A stretch of DNA of 64,000 bases, from the IMG/VR virus record IMGVR_UViG_3300028920_000003; one strand, written 5' to 3'. The DNA comes from a virus. Positions 1 to 8,685 of this stretch are shown here, one piece after another. The translations under genes were made by a program, and so were the position numbers. Position 1 is the stretch's first letter. Every line of letters starts with the position of its first letter. The notes under the pieces were generated by a model that saw only the letters and a program-made list of their open reading frames with translations, did not search any database and had not been told where the DNA came from.

Positions 1-242
1 ATGTGCTGCGCCACATCTCTCGCTTCTTCGGGCGTGAAAAAATTTACATTTTGATAGTCATCACTATCAAAGTAGTCTACTAAGATACGAACAAGATATT
101 TAAGAACCCTAAATTTCATATCATAGCATAAGAGGTCTGTTCTTCCAAGTCTCTGAGCATTAGCAAGATTATTGCCGTACTCTACGAATGCTGTTCTGAT
201 GTTATACAGATAAGCGTTTATTTCAGTAGGTGTAGCTGCCAT
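1..242 (-). CDS. hypothetical protein, N-terminal part only (gene runs off the left edge)
   Basis: Hand translation of the minus strand from ATG (complement of 240-242) stays open to position 1: MAATPTEINAYLYNIRTAFVEYGNN... Co-oriented with the gene train at 256-838. Missing from the ORF track because no stop lies in the window. Confidence 0.45.
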   Translation of the reverse strand, partial: MAATPTEINAYLYNIRTAFVEYGNNLANAQRLGRTDLLCYDMKFRVLKYLVRILVDYFDSDDYQNVNFFTPEEARDVAQH

Positions 243-255
243 AGTTTAAAAAATT

Positions 256-543
256 TTAGTCTTCAAAAATGTCTCCACTTACATCTGATTCTGTTACATC
301 TACTCCATCAGCTTCGTTCTTCATGTCCAAAGCCAAAGCTCCTACACGTTTAAAGAAGACTTTAATAGTATTCTGTTGAGTAGTAGTTGCTCCTGACCAT
401 AGATCAGAAATATCTACTTGAAAGGTCTGAACACCATCAGGACTTTCAACAAGTACTTCTACTATCTTACTAGGAGGAGCTACTACTATCTGAATAACTC
501 TCTGAGTTTTCGTCTTTTCAGGAATTGTTACGTCCGCTTGCAT
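256..543 (-). CDS. hypothetical protein
   Basis: 95-aa ORF a few nt from both neighbours in an uninterrupted minus-strand gene train. No motif recognised. Confidence 0.5.
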   Translation of the reverse strand: MQADVTIPEKTKTQRVIQIVVAPPSKIVEVLVESPDGVQTFQVDISDLWSGATTTQQNTIKVFFKRVGALALDMKNEADGVDVTESDVSGDIFED

Positions 544-553
544 AGTTTTTAAA

Positions 554-838
554 TTAAGATAGTATTACAGTATCAGCTTCAGCCTGATCTTCTGCCAAAC
601 TTTCACGATTATGTCCTTTGAGTGCTTCATGTTTAATCATGTGAATAAGCATCTTCTTAGCGAATGCTGCTTTACCTTCAGGATTATCAATCATTAAAGG
701 GTTGGTAACAGGGTCTTCAGGTTGCTCCGGATCAAAATCAGGATTTGGAACCTGTTCTTGATAGTTAAACCTTTTAGCGAATCCGTCTACTACCCAAGGT
801 AGCTTATCATCCGGAATGTTAATTGTGATGTTTGCCAT
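554..838 (-). CDS. hypothetical protein
   Basis: 94-aa ORF, 3 nt from the stop of the 1392-aa fibre gene. No motif recognised. Confidence 0.5.
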   Translation of the reverse strand: MANITINIPDDKLPWVVDGFAKRFNYQEQVPNPDFDPEQPEDPVTNPLMIDNPEGKAAFAKKMLIHMIKHEALKGHNRESLAEDQAEADTVILS

Positions 839-841
839 AAT

Positions 842-3800
842 TTATGATTTTAGTTGTTTTTTTAATGCTGTGATTTCGCTACGTAAAGTTCTGACTTTTT
901 TCTCAAGTTTCCCTATTCTATCTTCATGTCCTTGATCAATAGCATGAAGCTGTTGAATAGCCCTGTGAAAATGTACAGGGAACTTGGTTTCCTTGATATT
1001 CCAATAGCCTTTCTTATCCTTGAAAGTCAAAGAAGGCATTATCTTAGACATCTGAGTACCATCCCAACCTATCTCACCATAACATGATCCATCTTTTCTA
1101 TCAAATTTGATAAGCCTCTGATTTACTATCCATCCAAGTGAATCAGGTTGATATTCTTCAATATTTGTTTTAAGGCGTAAATCAGAAGAAGTATTATAAC
1201 TTATAAGACCACTACTGGTATTATGCTTAAGATAAGTAGATTGATCTATATTCGAGAGATTACCTGCATACAAAGAACCTGAAGTAGTAACAGCAAAGTC
1301 AACAGTTGCTAAAGAGGTAGTAAATGAAGTACTACTATGAATCTGAAATACATTGGTAGTATCGTCATATCCTATTATAAATCTGGTACTTGTATCTTGT
1401 CTGAAATATATCGCTGCATCAGACGTACTGGCTGCTTGTAAATAAATACTAGCGTTGGAAGTTGCAGCATCAATATACATGTATGCCTGACTTGACCCAT
1501 AGAACCACGTCTGAGTTGATGACCAAGAATAACGTAAAGTAGCAGATGATGTACTACCGATATAATATAACATTTGAGTATAGCCTACTCTTAAGTCACT
1601 AAAAGATGTTCCTCGTCTAAATTGAACTCCACCGTATGAGTTAATGTAAGTATAGAAATTACAATAATCGCTTGTCTGATAAGACGAAGGTCTGAAGATC
1701 ATACCTTCAGTAACCAAAGTATTACCTGCATTGTTATACGTCCAAGCAGATGACCTACCTATTTCACATATAATCTGACCTGTACTTCTATAAGTTTTAA
1801 GGTTAATATCAGTTGCAGTACTTGCATTACCATTAATACCCCAATTTCCTATACTATTCATTTGAGCTTTATGGAAAGTGGGACCAGTACTTTCGATTGT
1901 GAATAATTCAAGCATACTAGAGGTATTATTACCATCTCTAGAAGCTCTTATTACAACACCTCTTTTGCTAGTTTCGGTTGATGCTTGATTAAGAAATGAC
2001 AGTTCTCCGTGAGCAGCGTCCGTAGTTCTATTACCAAGCAATATTAAATGTGGATAATCTTCTGTAGTAATATCAGCAATTTGTACCCGATAATCACCGA
2101 TTGATGAACCAAAAGTCTCAGTATTTCCAAATAACCATTCTTTAGATGAATAGTTATAAGTAGATGTAAATTTCATGTACTGAGTCGTATACTGTCCAAA
2201 TATCCAATTAGTAGAATTATGCTGCATGTACATTGGATAAGTTGCACCCGAACGATCAAGATAAAAAGTACCAACTGAACTACCTGATCCTACTTGCATA
2301 CCACCATCAACATCCAGATCATATTCAGGAGCATCTTTATTGATACCAACTCGCTCAAGACTAGCATCATAATAAATACCCTTATTTGAAGTATTACTAC
2401 CAATTCTCATATCTTCAAATTGGGTATCTCCCTCATCATAGTAGTAAAAAGTGAAAAGACTACCAGATGCTACATTAAACGTAAGTCTTGTATCAAGATC
2501 AAGTGCATCACTTGAATACATGGCAACATTAGCACCTTTACTTCTGATACCTCCATCTACTGTAAGTGCGTATGATGCATTGGAAGCTTCTCCAATACCT
2601 ACGTTACCAGCAGAATAAGTTATACCGTTGGTATCACTGGTCCAAGGAGATGAACCACCACCTGCTAATTCTGCTAAAGTTTTAGTTCCTGTTACTGCAT
2701 CCGTGAAGGTGAGATTACTAGAACCATCCTCATAAATTTGAGTATTAGAATCATTAAAATACAATCTAGCACTGATAGTCACATCAGGAGTAGCACCCCT
2801 ATTGAGTACCATTACAGTCCCTGCATTCACTTTGAATGTAAGCTGTAGAGATGCAGATTCAATATCTGCATAACCGTCAACACTATATTTATTGGCAAAT
2901 ACTTCTGCCCAATATGAACCTGATGAACCTAATATTTCCACATCACCAGTAGCAGGATAAAGCGAACCTCCTGTAACAATATCTCCGGAACCATTAAATG
3001 TTGCAACTACTGTAGAGTTTGTTACAATTTGTATGGTATTCGCAGCAGAACCGTAGATATAACTATTTGCATCTACAAACTGTAACTGCTCAGTGGTTGC
3101 AAGTCGAACATCATCTCCTGAAACAGCAGGAGTTATAACATTTGTGTTTACCTGCCACGGACTAGAACTACCACCGAGCGAAGCAACTGATCTTTTTGTA
3201 ACTAAACCTGTACTATCGTCGATAGCAAGAACATGGTCCTCTGTATCATCGTCTCCAAGACCTGTGATATAGAAAGAACCATCGTCCCTAAAATCCCACT
3301 CTACTGAGAGATCAGCACTGCGTACCCTTAAGATAGATACTTTCGTTGTTGTGGATGGGTCTGATAATGTGACCCAAGTATTCGAGTCGCCTGTATCACC
3401 TATTGCGATATAAGCATTATCTTGAAAAGACCTGAGTAAAAGACTACTATGAAAAGTTATTTGAGAAGCTGTAGCAGAAGTTGCTCTAAACTGTAGTGTG
3501 GTTACATTATTGTATTCTAACTGAATTTCTCCACCATCTGATGCTCCACCGTCGATATGAAGTACATGAGAAGAAACGTCTAACCAAAATGCACTATCAG
3601 ATTGAATTTCACCGCTTGCAGAACCAAAAACAATATAATTATTATTTGCTGTTCCCCATGAAACGTCTCCACTACCACTAACTAGGTCAGACAGTGTAAC
3701 TCCTCCGGTATTGTTTGCATCATAGAAGACCATATCCCCTCCGGAGATATTGTGTCTTATATAGGTGTTTCCTCCTCCTGCACCATCATAATTGAAAATC

Positions 3801-5020
3801 AGTCTTTGTGCTGTGTAAAGTCCTATATAGTTTGATACTGATAAGGCATACTGATCAAGAACAGTATGGGACCAATTAGACCCATCATCCATGATATAAA
3901 AGATCAGTTTACCATATTCCGCACCATCAGTACCGTCATCTACTGAAGCGTGTACAGTTCCATACTGTACCCATTCATCGTTATCATTTTTAAGGAAACC
4001 TGCCCAACCAACATTTCCAGCAGTATTATTTCTATAAGTTCTTAACGGAGATGTTTCTCCACTTCCGTTAATATCAAGAGAAGTTCCATCCCAAGTTAGA
4101 TAAGTTTCAGCATTAAGGGCATCATTAGTAGCTGTAGCTGTTATAATCCTATTGTCAGCTTGATTAGCTACCGATATACTAGATATCCCACCTACTGCAT
4201 CATCAACATACCCTTTATCCGGAATCCATCTATCATTACTAGCTTGAGCAGTAGAATGATCTGAAAGATATTCAAAACCATCTTTGGTGAATTTCATTTC
4301 GATGGTTGGAGAACTAGCACCATCTCTTATAAACCACTCTAACTTGAAGTCATAATCACCTGTTGATATTGACCCATCTACCGCATATCTTTCTTGAAAT
4401 CCTTGAACAACACTTGTTCCATCATAAACTTCGTATACTCTTTGTACAATGTATGCATTACTAGGTGCAGCAGTGGGGGAAGCTAAAGTGCCTCCTGACT
4501 TTTCATAATATACGAGATTGTTTATTGCAATACTATCATTAGCTGACTTAACTTCATATCTAGTATATGTATTACTATGAATGTCTATTGAAGGAGACGC
4601 TGAATCAATAATAACTGCATTTACTGTTCCTGAGCCATTTCCTCCTACATATAGAGTCTGTCCGTTGAAAAGTAGAGCTGCTTCAGCATTTAATGCATCA
4701 GTTGTCCCTGTAGCTGTTACAACTCTATTGTCCGCTTGATTAGCAACGGAAACAGAACTTATTGCTCCTATAGCGTCAAATACAGCACCAGAAGTAGGAA
4801 TATGCGTATCATCGTCGGTGAGCGTAGTCTCAATAGTATCAACAAATGCACCAGTTGACAAAGCCATGCCACTCGATTTGAGTGTCATGACGTTTGTCGA
4901 ACTAGCAAAAATGTTAATCTCTCCGGAAGGGTTCTCCTCAATGTAAGAATTACCGCTTGCGAAAACTATTTGACACGCTGCGTTGGTCAAGCGAATACTT
5001 GACTCGAATGGATACGCCAT
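842..5020 (-). CDS. tail fibre protein with C-terminal intramolecular-chaperone (peptidase S74-type) domain
   Basis: 1392 aa, rich in Gly/Ser/Thr/Asn. Internal duplication ISS(V/I)SVANQADNR..TAT.T.DALNAE. The last ~115 aa begin SSDLRLKTNIEEY (the S-D-x-R-x-K-x-N-I signature of endosialidase-chaperone autoproteolytic domains) and end in a coiled-coil tail. Confidence 0.8.
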   Translation of the reverse strand: MAYPFESSIRLTNAACQIVFASGNSYIEENPSGEINIFASSTNVMTLKSSGMALSTGAFVDTIETTLTDDDTHIPTSGAVFDAIGAISSVSVANQADNRVVTATGTTDALNAEAALLFNGQTLYVGGNGSGTVNAVIIDSASPSIDIHSNTYTRYEVKSANDSIAINNLVYYEKSGGTLASPTAAPSNAYIVQRVYEVYDGTSVVQGFQERYAVDGSISTGDYDFKLEWFIRDGASSPTIEMKFTKDGFEYLSDHSTAQASNDRWIPDKGYVDDAVGGISSISVANQADNRIITATATNDALNAETYLTWDGTSLDINGSGETSPLRTYRNNTAGNVGWAGFLKNDNDEWVQYGTVHASVDDGTDGAEYGKLIFYIMDDGSNWSHTVLDQYALSVSNYIGLYTAQRLIFNYDGAGGGNTYIRHNISGGDMVFYDANNTGGVTLSDLVSGSGDVSWGTANNNYIVFGSASGEIQSDSAFWLDVSSHVLHIDGGASDGGEIQLEYNNVTTLQFRATSATASQITFHSSLLLRSFQDNAYIAIGDTGDSNTWVTLSDPSTTTKVSILRVRSADLSVEWDFRDDGSFYITGLGDDDTEDHVLAIDDSTGLVTKRSVASLGGSSSPWQVNTNVITPAVSGDDVRLATTEQLQFVDANSYIYGSAANTIQIVTNSTVVATFNGSGDIVTGGSLYPATGDVEILGSSGSYWAEVFANKYSVDGYADIESASLQLTFKVNAGTVMVLNRGATPDVTISARLYFNDSNTQIYEDGSSNLTFTDAVTGTKTLAELAGGGSSPWTSDTNGITYSAGNVGIGEASNASYALTVDGGIRSKGANVAMYSSDALDLDTRLTFNVASGSLFTFYYYDEGDTQFEDMRIGSNTSNKGIYYDASLERVGINKDAPEYDLDVDGGMQVGSGSSVGTFYLDRSGATYPMYMQHNSTNWIFGQYTTQYMKFTSTYNYSSKEWLFGNTETFGSSIGDYRVQIADITTEDYPHLILLGNRTTDAAHGELSFLNQASTETSKRGVVIRASRDGNNTSSMLELFTIESTGPTFHKAQMNSIGNWGINGNASTATDINLKTYRSTGQIICEIGRSSAWTYNNAGNTLVTEGMIFRPSSYQTSDYCNFYTYINSYGGVQFRRGTSFSDLRVGYTQMLYYIGSTSSATLRYSWSSTQTWFYGSSQAYMYIDAATSNASIYLQAASTSDAAIYFRQDTSTRFIIGYDDTTNVFQIHSSTSFTTSLATVDFAVTTSGSLYAGNLSNIDQSTYLKHNTSSGLISYNTSSDLRLKTNIEEYQPDSLGWIVNQRLIKFDRKDGSCYGEIGWDGTQMSKIMPSLTFKDKKGYWNIKETKFPVHFHRAIQQLHAIDQGHEDRIGKLEKKVRTLRSEITALKKQLKS

Positions 5021-5026
5021 ATCCTA

Positions 5027-7024
5027 TTATTCTTGTACTCCGATTACTACAAACCTATAGGTTCCCAATGCAGGGTTAATAGCTGCTGCACCGAAGTTTA
5101 ATGTTACAGTATCTGCGGTTGCACCAGTTACCTCAACTCCAACAAGTTTGCCATCAGATTGTCTCCAAATCTGGACTTGAATATCGGTAACTTCAGTCTT
5201 ATTGAGATTGTGAGTAACAGTCGGAGCTATTCCACTTGGAACATCACCTGTGACAACAGTAGCAAAAGCTTTGTCATCAAGGGCAGATTCCACTGCTGTC
5301 ATGAAGTTCGTAAAGCTGATCTTCTTATTAGTAGCAGTTGCAGTAATATCCCAAAACGGAAGGAAGTCACCACCTGCGATAGTAGTCTCAGTGGTGAGAC
5401 TGTTAATATCGAGATCAAAAGTTATAGCAGTAGAACCATCGTAAGGTCCACCTGACAGACCTGAACCAGCAGTCAAATCTGCAAGATCAATTTCAGACCC
5501 AATCTCAGACTTAAGATTAGCCCAAGTGATCTTCCTTTGACCAGTTCCAGTAACATATACTGCAAGTTCATCAGCATCTACCAATGTAGTTACAGCAGTC
5601 AATCTCGAAACATCCAAAGTAAGGTTTCTAGTTGTGGTAATATCTCCACCTCCGTTTAAACCTGAAGTTGCAGCAGTTGCTATTGATACAGTAGAGTGAT
5701 CAACGTGTTCATTAGCTACATAGTCACTGAATCCGTCGTGGAAAGCACCACCGTCAAATGCGAATGATCCATCACTCAAAGCAGTATCAAAGTTTGCTTT
5801 GGTATCAGAAATTCCATAACCTGCAAGGGTTGTAGGAGTAGTTCCAAGATCATCAAAATCGACTGATGCCCAAGCTGCATCAGTTCCATCTGATTTCAAG
5901 AATGTATCAGCAGCACCAATTGTAAGTTCCTCCCAAGCAGGAGTTGCGTTACCTATAATAATTGAACCACGACTTACAGCACTTGCTACTGTATCACCGT
6001 GAGTAACACTTAACAAGTTGTGAGCAGTTGCTCCTGTTGGAGGATTCACCCATACAAGTGCATCTCCTGCTCCGTTTACAGAGAGATGTTGATTTGCTGC
6101 ACCAATAGGAAGCTTGCTAAGAGTATTAGCTGCTGAAGCCCACAGAATATCACCTAATGTATAAGTACCTATTCCTGTACCACCTCTACTATTAGCAAGT
6201 GTTCCTGTCCATCCAACACTGATAGAAGTTGCCTGTAACAGTGCTGTAGCAGGAGTACCACCAAGACTCAGTGTTACGTTCGTATCATCAGTTTTGGTAA
6301 GTGCTGCTGGTGTAATTAAGTCATTGTTGAAATTCGACAGATTATAACCTGAAGGATCAACAAACTCAAGAGCATCAGGAGTGGAATTAACCATTACCAT
6401 ATACCCATCTGAACCAGTGTAGTTAGCAGGAGTATCGCTGAGTTCGGTGAAGTTTTCAGCAATATTTCTATTAACTCTGGTCCAATCACCAAGAGCTGAT
6501 GGATCATCAGTCTCAGCAATAAGAACATCTCCGACATCTACAGCTTCAGTGAAGAAATCACCTGCATTTGTAACAGTGTACATATCTCCTTGGAAGACTG
6601 TACCAGCAGAAGGAGTTTCAAGATTAGGAGTGTTTGTAGTAGCGTTATAACCACCTTTGTATTCAACACCACCTGATAGTGCAGTACCGATAGCATCACG
6701 GACTGCTTTTTCTGTCGGAATTGATGTATCAACACCGGGAGTTCCGATACTGGTCGTCAAAAGAAGACCAGTTGAGAGTTTGTTACCAATTGTTCCACTC
6801 CACTGAGGAATGTAACCATTGGTCGACGATGCTGGACCCTGCGTAAGCGAGTTCCAAGCTGAATCGTCGTCATTGTAGACTTTCAAATCATAGTTGGTAC
6901 TATCCCACCACATCATACCACCTAAGGTATTTGCGTTAGTAGGAGCAGTCCCTGCACTATGAACAACGAAATTCAGTAACTGAAAATCGTTCATGTCAAT
7001 CGACTGTACGAAGGGAATTGCCAT
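5027..7024 (-). CDS. tail fibre / receptor-binding protein
   Basis: 665 aa, rich in Thr/Gly/Ala. Shares the D(T)xIPT(E/S)xAV(R/F)DAIG motif with the adjacent 1392-aa fibre. Sits in the fibre gene cluster. Confidence 0.6.
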   Translation of the reverse strand: MAIPFVQSIDMNDFQLLNFVVHSAGTAPTNANTLGGMMWWDSTNYDLKVYNDDDSAWNSLTQGPASSTNGYIPQWSGTIGNKLSTGLLLTTSIGTPGVDTSIPTEKAVRDAIGTALSGGVEYKGGYNATTNTPNLETPSAGTVFQGDMYTVTNAGDFFTEAVDVGDVLIAETDDPSALGDWTRVNRNIAENFTELSDTPANYTGSDGYMVMVNSTPDALEFVDPSGYNLSNFNNDLITPAALTKTDDTNVTLSLGGTPATALLQATSISVGWTGTLANSRGGTGIGTYTLGDILWASAANTLSKLPIGAANQHLSVNGAGDALVWVNPPTGATAHNLLSVTHGDTVASAVSRGSIIIGNATPAWEELTIGAADTFLKSDGTDAAWASVDFDDLGTTPTTLAGYGISDTKANFDTALSDGSFAFDGGAFHDGFSDYVANEHVDHSTVSIATAATSGLNGGGDITTTRNLTLDVSRLTAVTTLVDADELAVYVTGTGQRKITWANLKSEIGSEIDLADLTAGSGLSGGPYDGSTAITFDLDINSLTTETTIAGGDFLPFWDITATATNKKISFTNFMTAVESALDDKAFATVVTGDVPSGIAPTVTHNLNKTEVTDIQVQIWRQSDGKLVGVEVTGATADTVTLNFGAAAINPALGTYRFVVIGVQE

Positions 7025-7036
7025 TTGCTTTGGTTT

Positions 7037-7462
7037 TTAGTTGCAGTAGGCTGTCCCTGAGTAAGTTGCGTTACCAAAGACAGCTTGTGCATTGTTATTA
7101 TCTACGTGAATTATATGAGGTATTATTTCATTTCCACTCATGTCCTCAATATGAATAGACGGTCTTTTGCCTAAGTTATGATTTATATTCCATACTTGTG
7201 CAGCCATAGACTGCGTATGAACATAATGTAAATCTCCTAATCCTGCTGTTTTGACTATTAAATCCCCGTCTGCTGTACCAGTTTTCCACCAGTACTCTTC
7301 ACCATTTATATTTACAGTCAACCCTCTATGCCTGATAGCAGCAGGGATTGCAGCGATAGCAGCAGCAGTATTAACGTAAGGTACACCTTCGTTGTCGTAC
7401 TTCGCATCGGCAGGTTTAGGGTTCAGCACTTTCACCCCAAATGGTAATTCAAGGCTTGCCAT
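7037..7462 (-). CDS. hypothetical tail-associated protein
   Basis: 141-aa ORF between two fibre-like genes. Function assigned by position only. Confidence 0.45.
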   Translation of the reverse strand: MASLELPFGVKVLNPKPADAKYDNEGVPYVNTAAAIAAIPAAIRHRGLTVNINGEEYWWKTGTADGDLIVKTAGLGDLHYVHTQSMAAQVWNINHNLGKRPSIHIEDMSGNEIIPHIIHVDNNNAQAVFGNATYSGTAYCN

Positions 7463-8685
7463 TACGCTGTGTGTATTTGATGCCTGTGGTCCGATGAATA
7501 AGGCGCACCGACATTCATTTCATAAATATTGTATGCTCTATTTGTACCTCCTGCGTCTAAAACGTTAATACTAGGTTGTGCTATATATTCGCTTGTTATA
7601 TCTGCATTTAGTGCATCAAGGTCAATAACTGATGTAATAGTTCTTCCCGGTGGTAGAGCTACTACAAATTTAGTCAATGTTGAACCCGTATTCAAATTAA
7701 AAGTGTTACCTCCTGTCTGAAATGCAGATTGAGGCAATGCTCTTACCGTAGCACTATTTGTCGGACTAGTTGCGGAAGCTCCGTAGAACCTATAAAATCT
7801 TGCTGTCACGGTATAAGGACTACTATTAAAAACTACATTTGGAATAGGTGTAATATCTGTTGCAACACCTCTCCACTGTTGAGTAGCTCCATCACTATTG
7901 AGTTGTATAGTATTCGCTACATCAATATGACTTCCATCGTTAGGAGTATCTACAACAATAGCACTTGCACTGGTTACATCTTCTATAGAAATAGTAGGAA
8001 CATCTCCTGAATTAAGGTTTATTCCCCATGTCCAAGTTCTACCTCCTGCGATTGTTGTTCCTACTTCAATTGTAGTAGGCTGAACTCCGACAGAGAAGAA
8101 AGACCAAGTAGCAGCTATGTACTCTATCGCAGCATCTAAGATAACTTCTACTGCTGTTTTACCTGTCGCAGGTATAGTTTGTCCGTTTGTATATTTACCA
8201 AACGACTTACCTCCGCTTAAAACAACATTGATATCTGCGGTAAAAATGTCTCCACCTGAGGTAGGTGCAGGTACGTGTATATAAGTATTTGATGCAGCAT
8301 CATATTGAAGAAAATCCTGATCGTTTCTAGGAGCTATATTTACATCTTGAAGCTGTTCTAATCTAAGCGGACTCTCAACAATATTGATTTCATCCGGTAT
8401 AGGTATTGTTTCAAGATATACAATACCGTCCGGTGGAACATCAGGTGGAAGTTCAACTACTGTTCCTACAGGAGAAACGTTATCTGGTGCTATAAGTTCC
8501 GGACTAGGTAAAGTATTCGGAAGCTCCACAATTGTACCTACAGGAGCAGCAGCATCAACTGAGATAAGTTCAGGAGTAGGAGTTATGGGAGGTAGGGCAA
8601 TAGGAGTCAGGTTACTCGGAACAGGTATGCTACTACCCGGACCAAGCTCGATAGTTGATGTATTATTTGTAACATCGTAAGCCAT
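7462..8685 (-). CDS. hypothetical tail protein with Pro-rich N-terminal repeats
   Basis: 407 aa. Start and stop each share 1 nt with the neighbouring genes. The N-terminus repeats ..PVGT(I/V)VELP... Confidence 0.45.
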   Translation of the reverse strand: MAYDVTNNTSTIELGPGSSIPVPSNLTPIALPPITPTPELISVDAAAPVGTIVELPNTLPSPELIAPDNVSPVGTVVELPPDVPPDGIVYLETIPIPDEINIVESPLRLEQLQDVNIAPRNDQDFLQYDAASNTYIHVPAPTSGGDIFTADINVVLSGGKSFGKYTNGQTIPATGKTAVEVILDAAIEYIAATWSFFSVGVQPTTIEVGTTIAGGRTWTWGINLNSGDVPTISIEDVTSASAIVVDTPNDGSHIDVANTIQLNSDGATQQWRGVATDITPIPNVVFNSSPYTVTARFYRFYGASATSPTNSATVRALPQSAFQTGGNTFNLNTGSTLTKFVVALPPGRTITSVIDLDALNADITSEYIAQPSINVLDAGGTNRAYNIYEMNVGAPYSSDHRHQIHTA

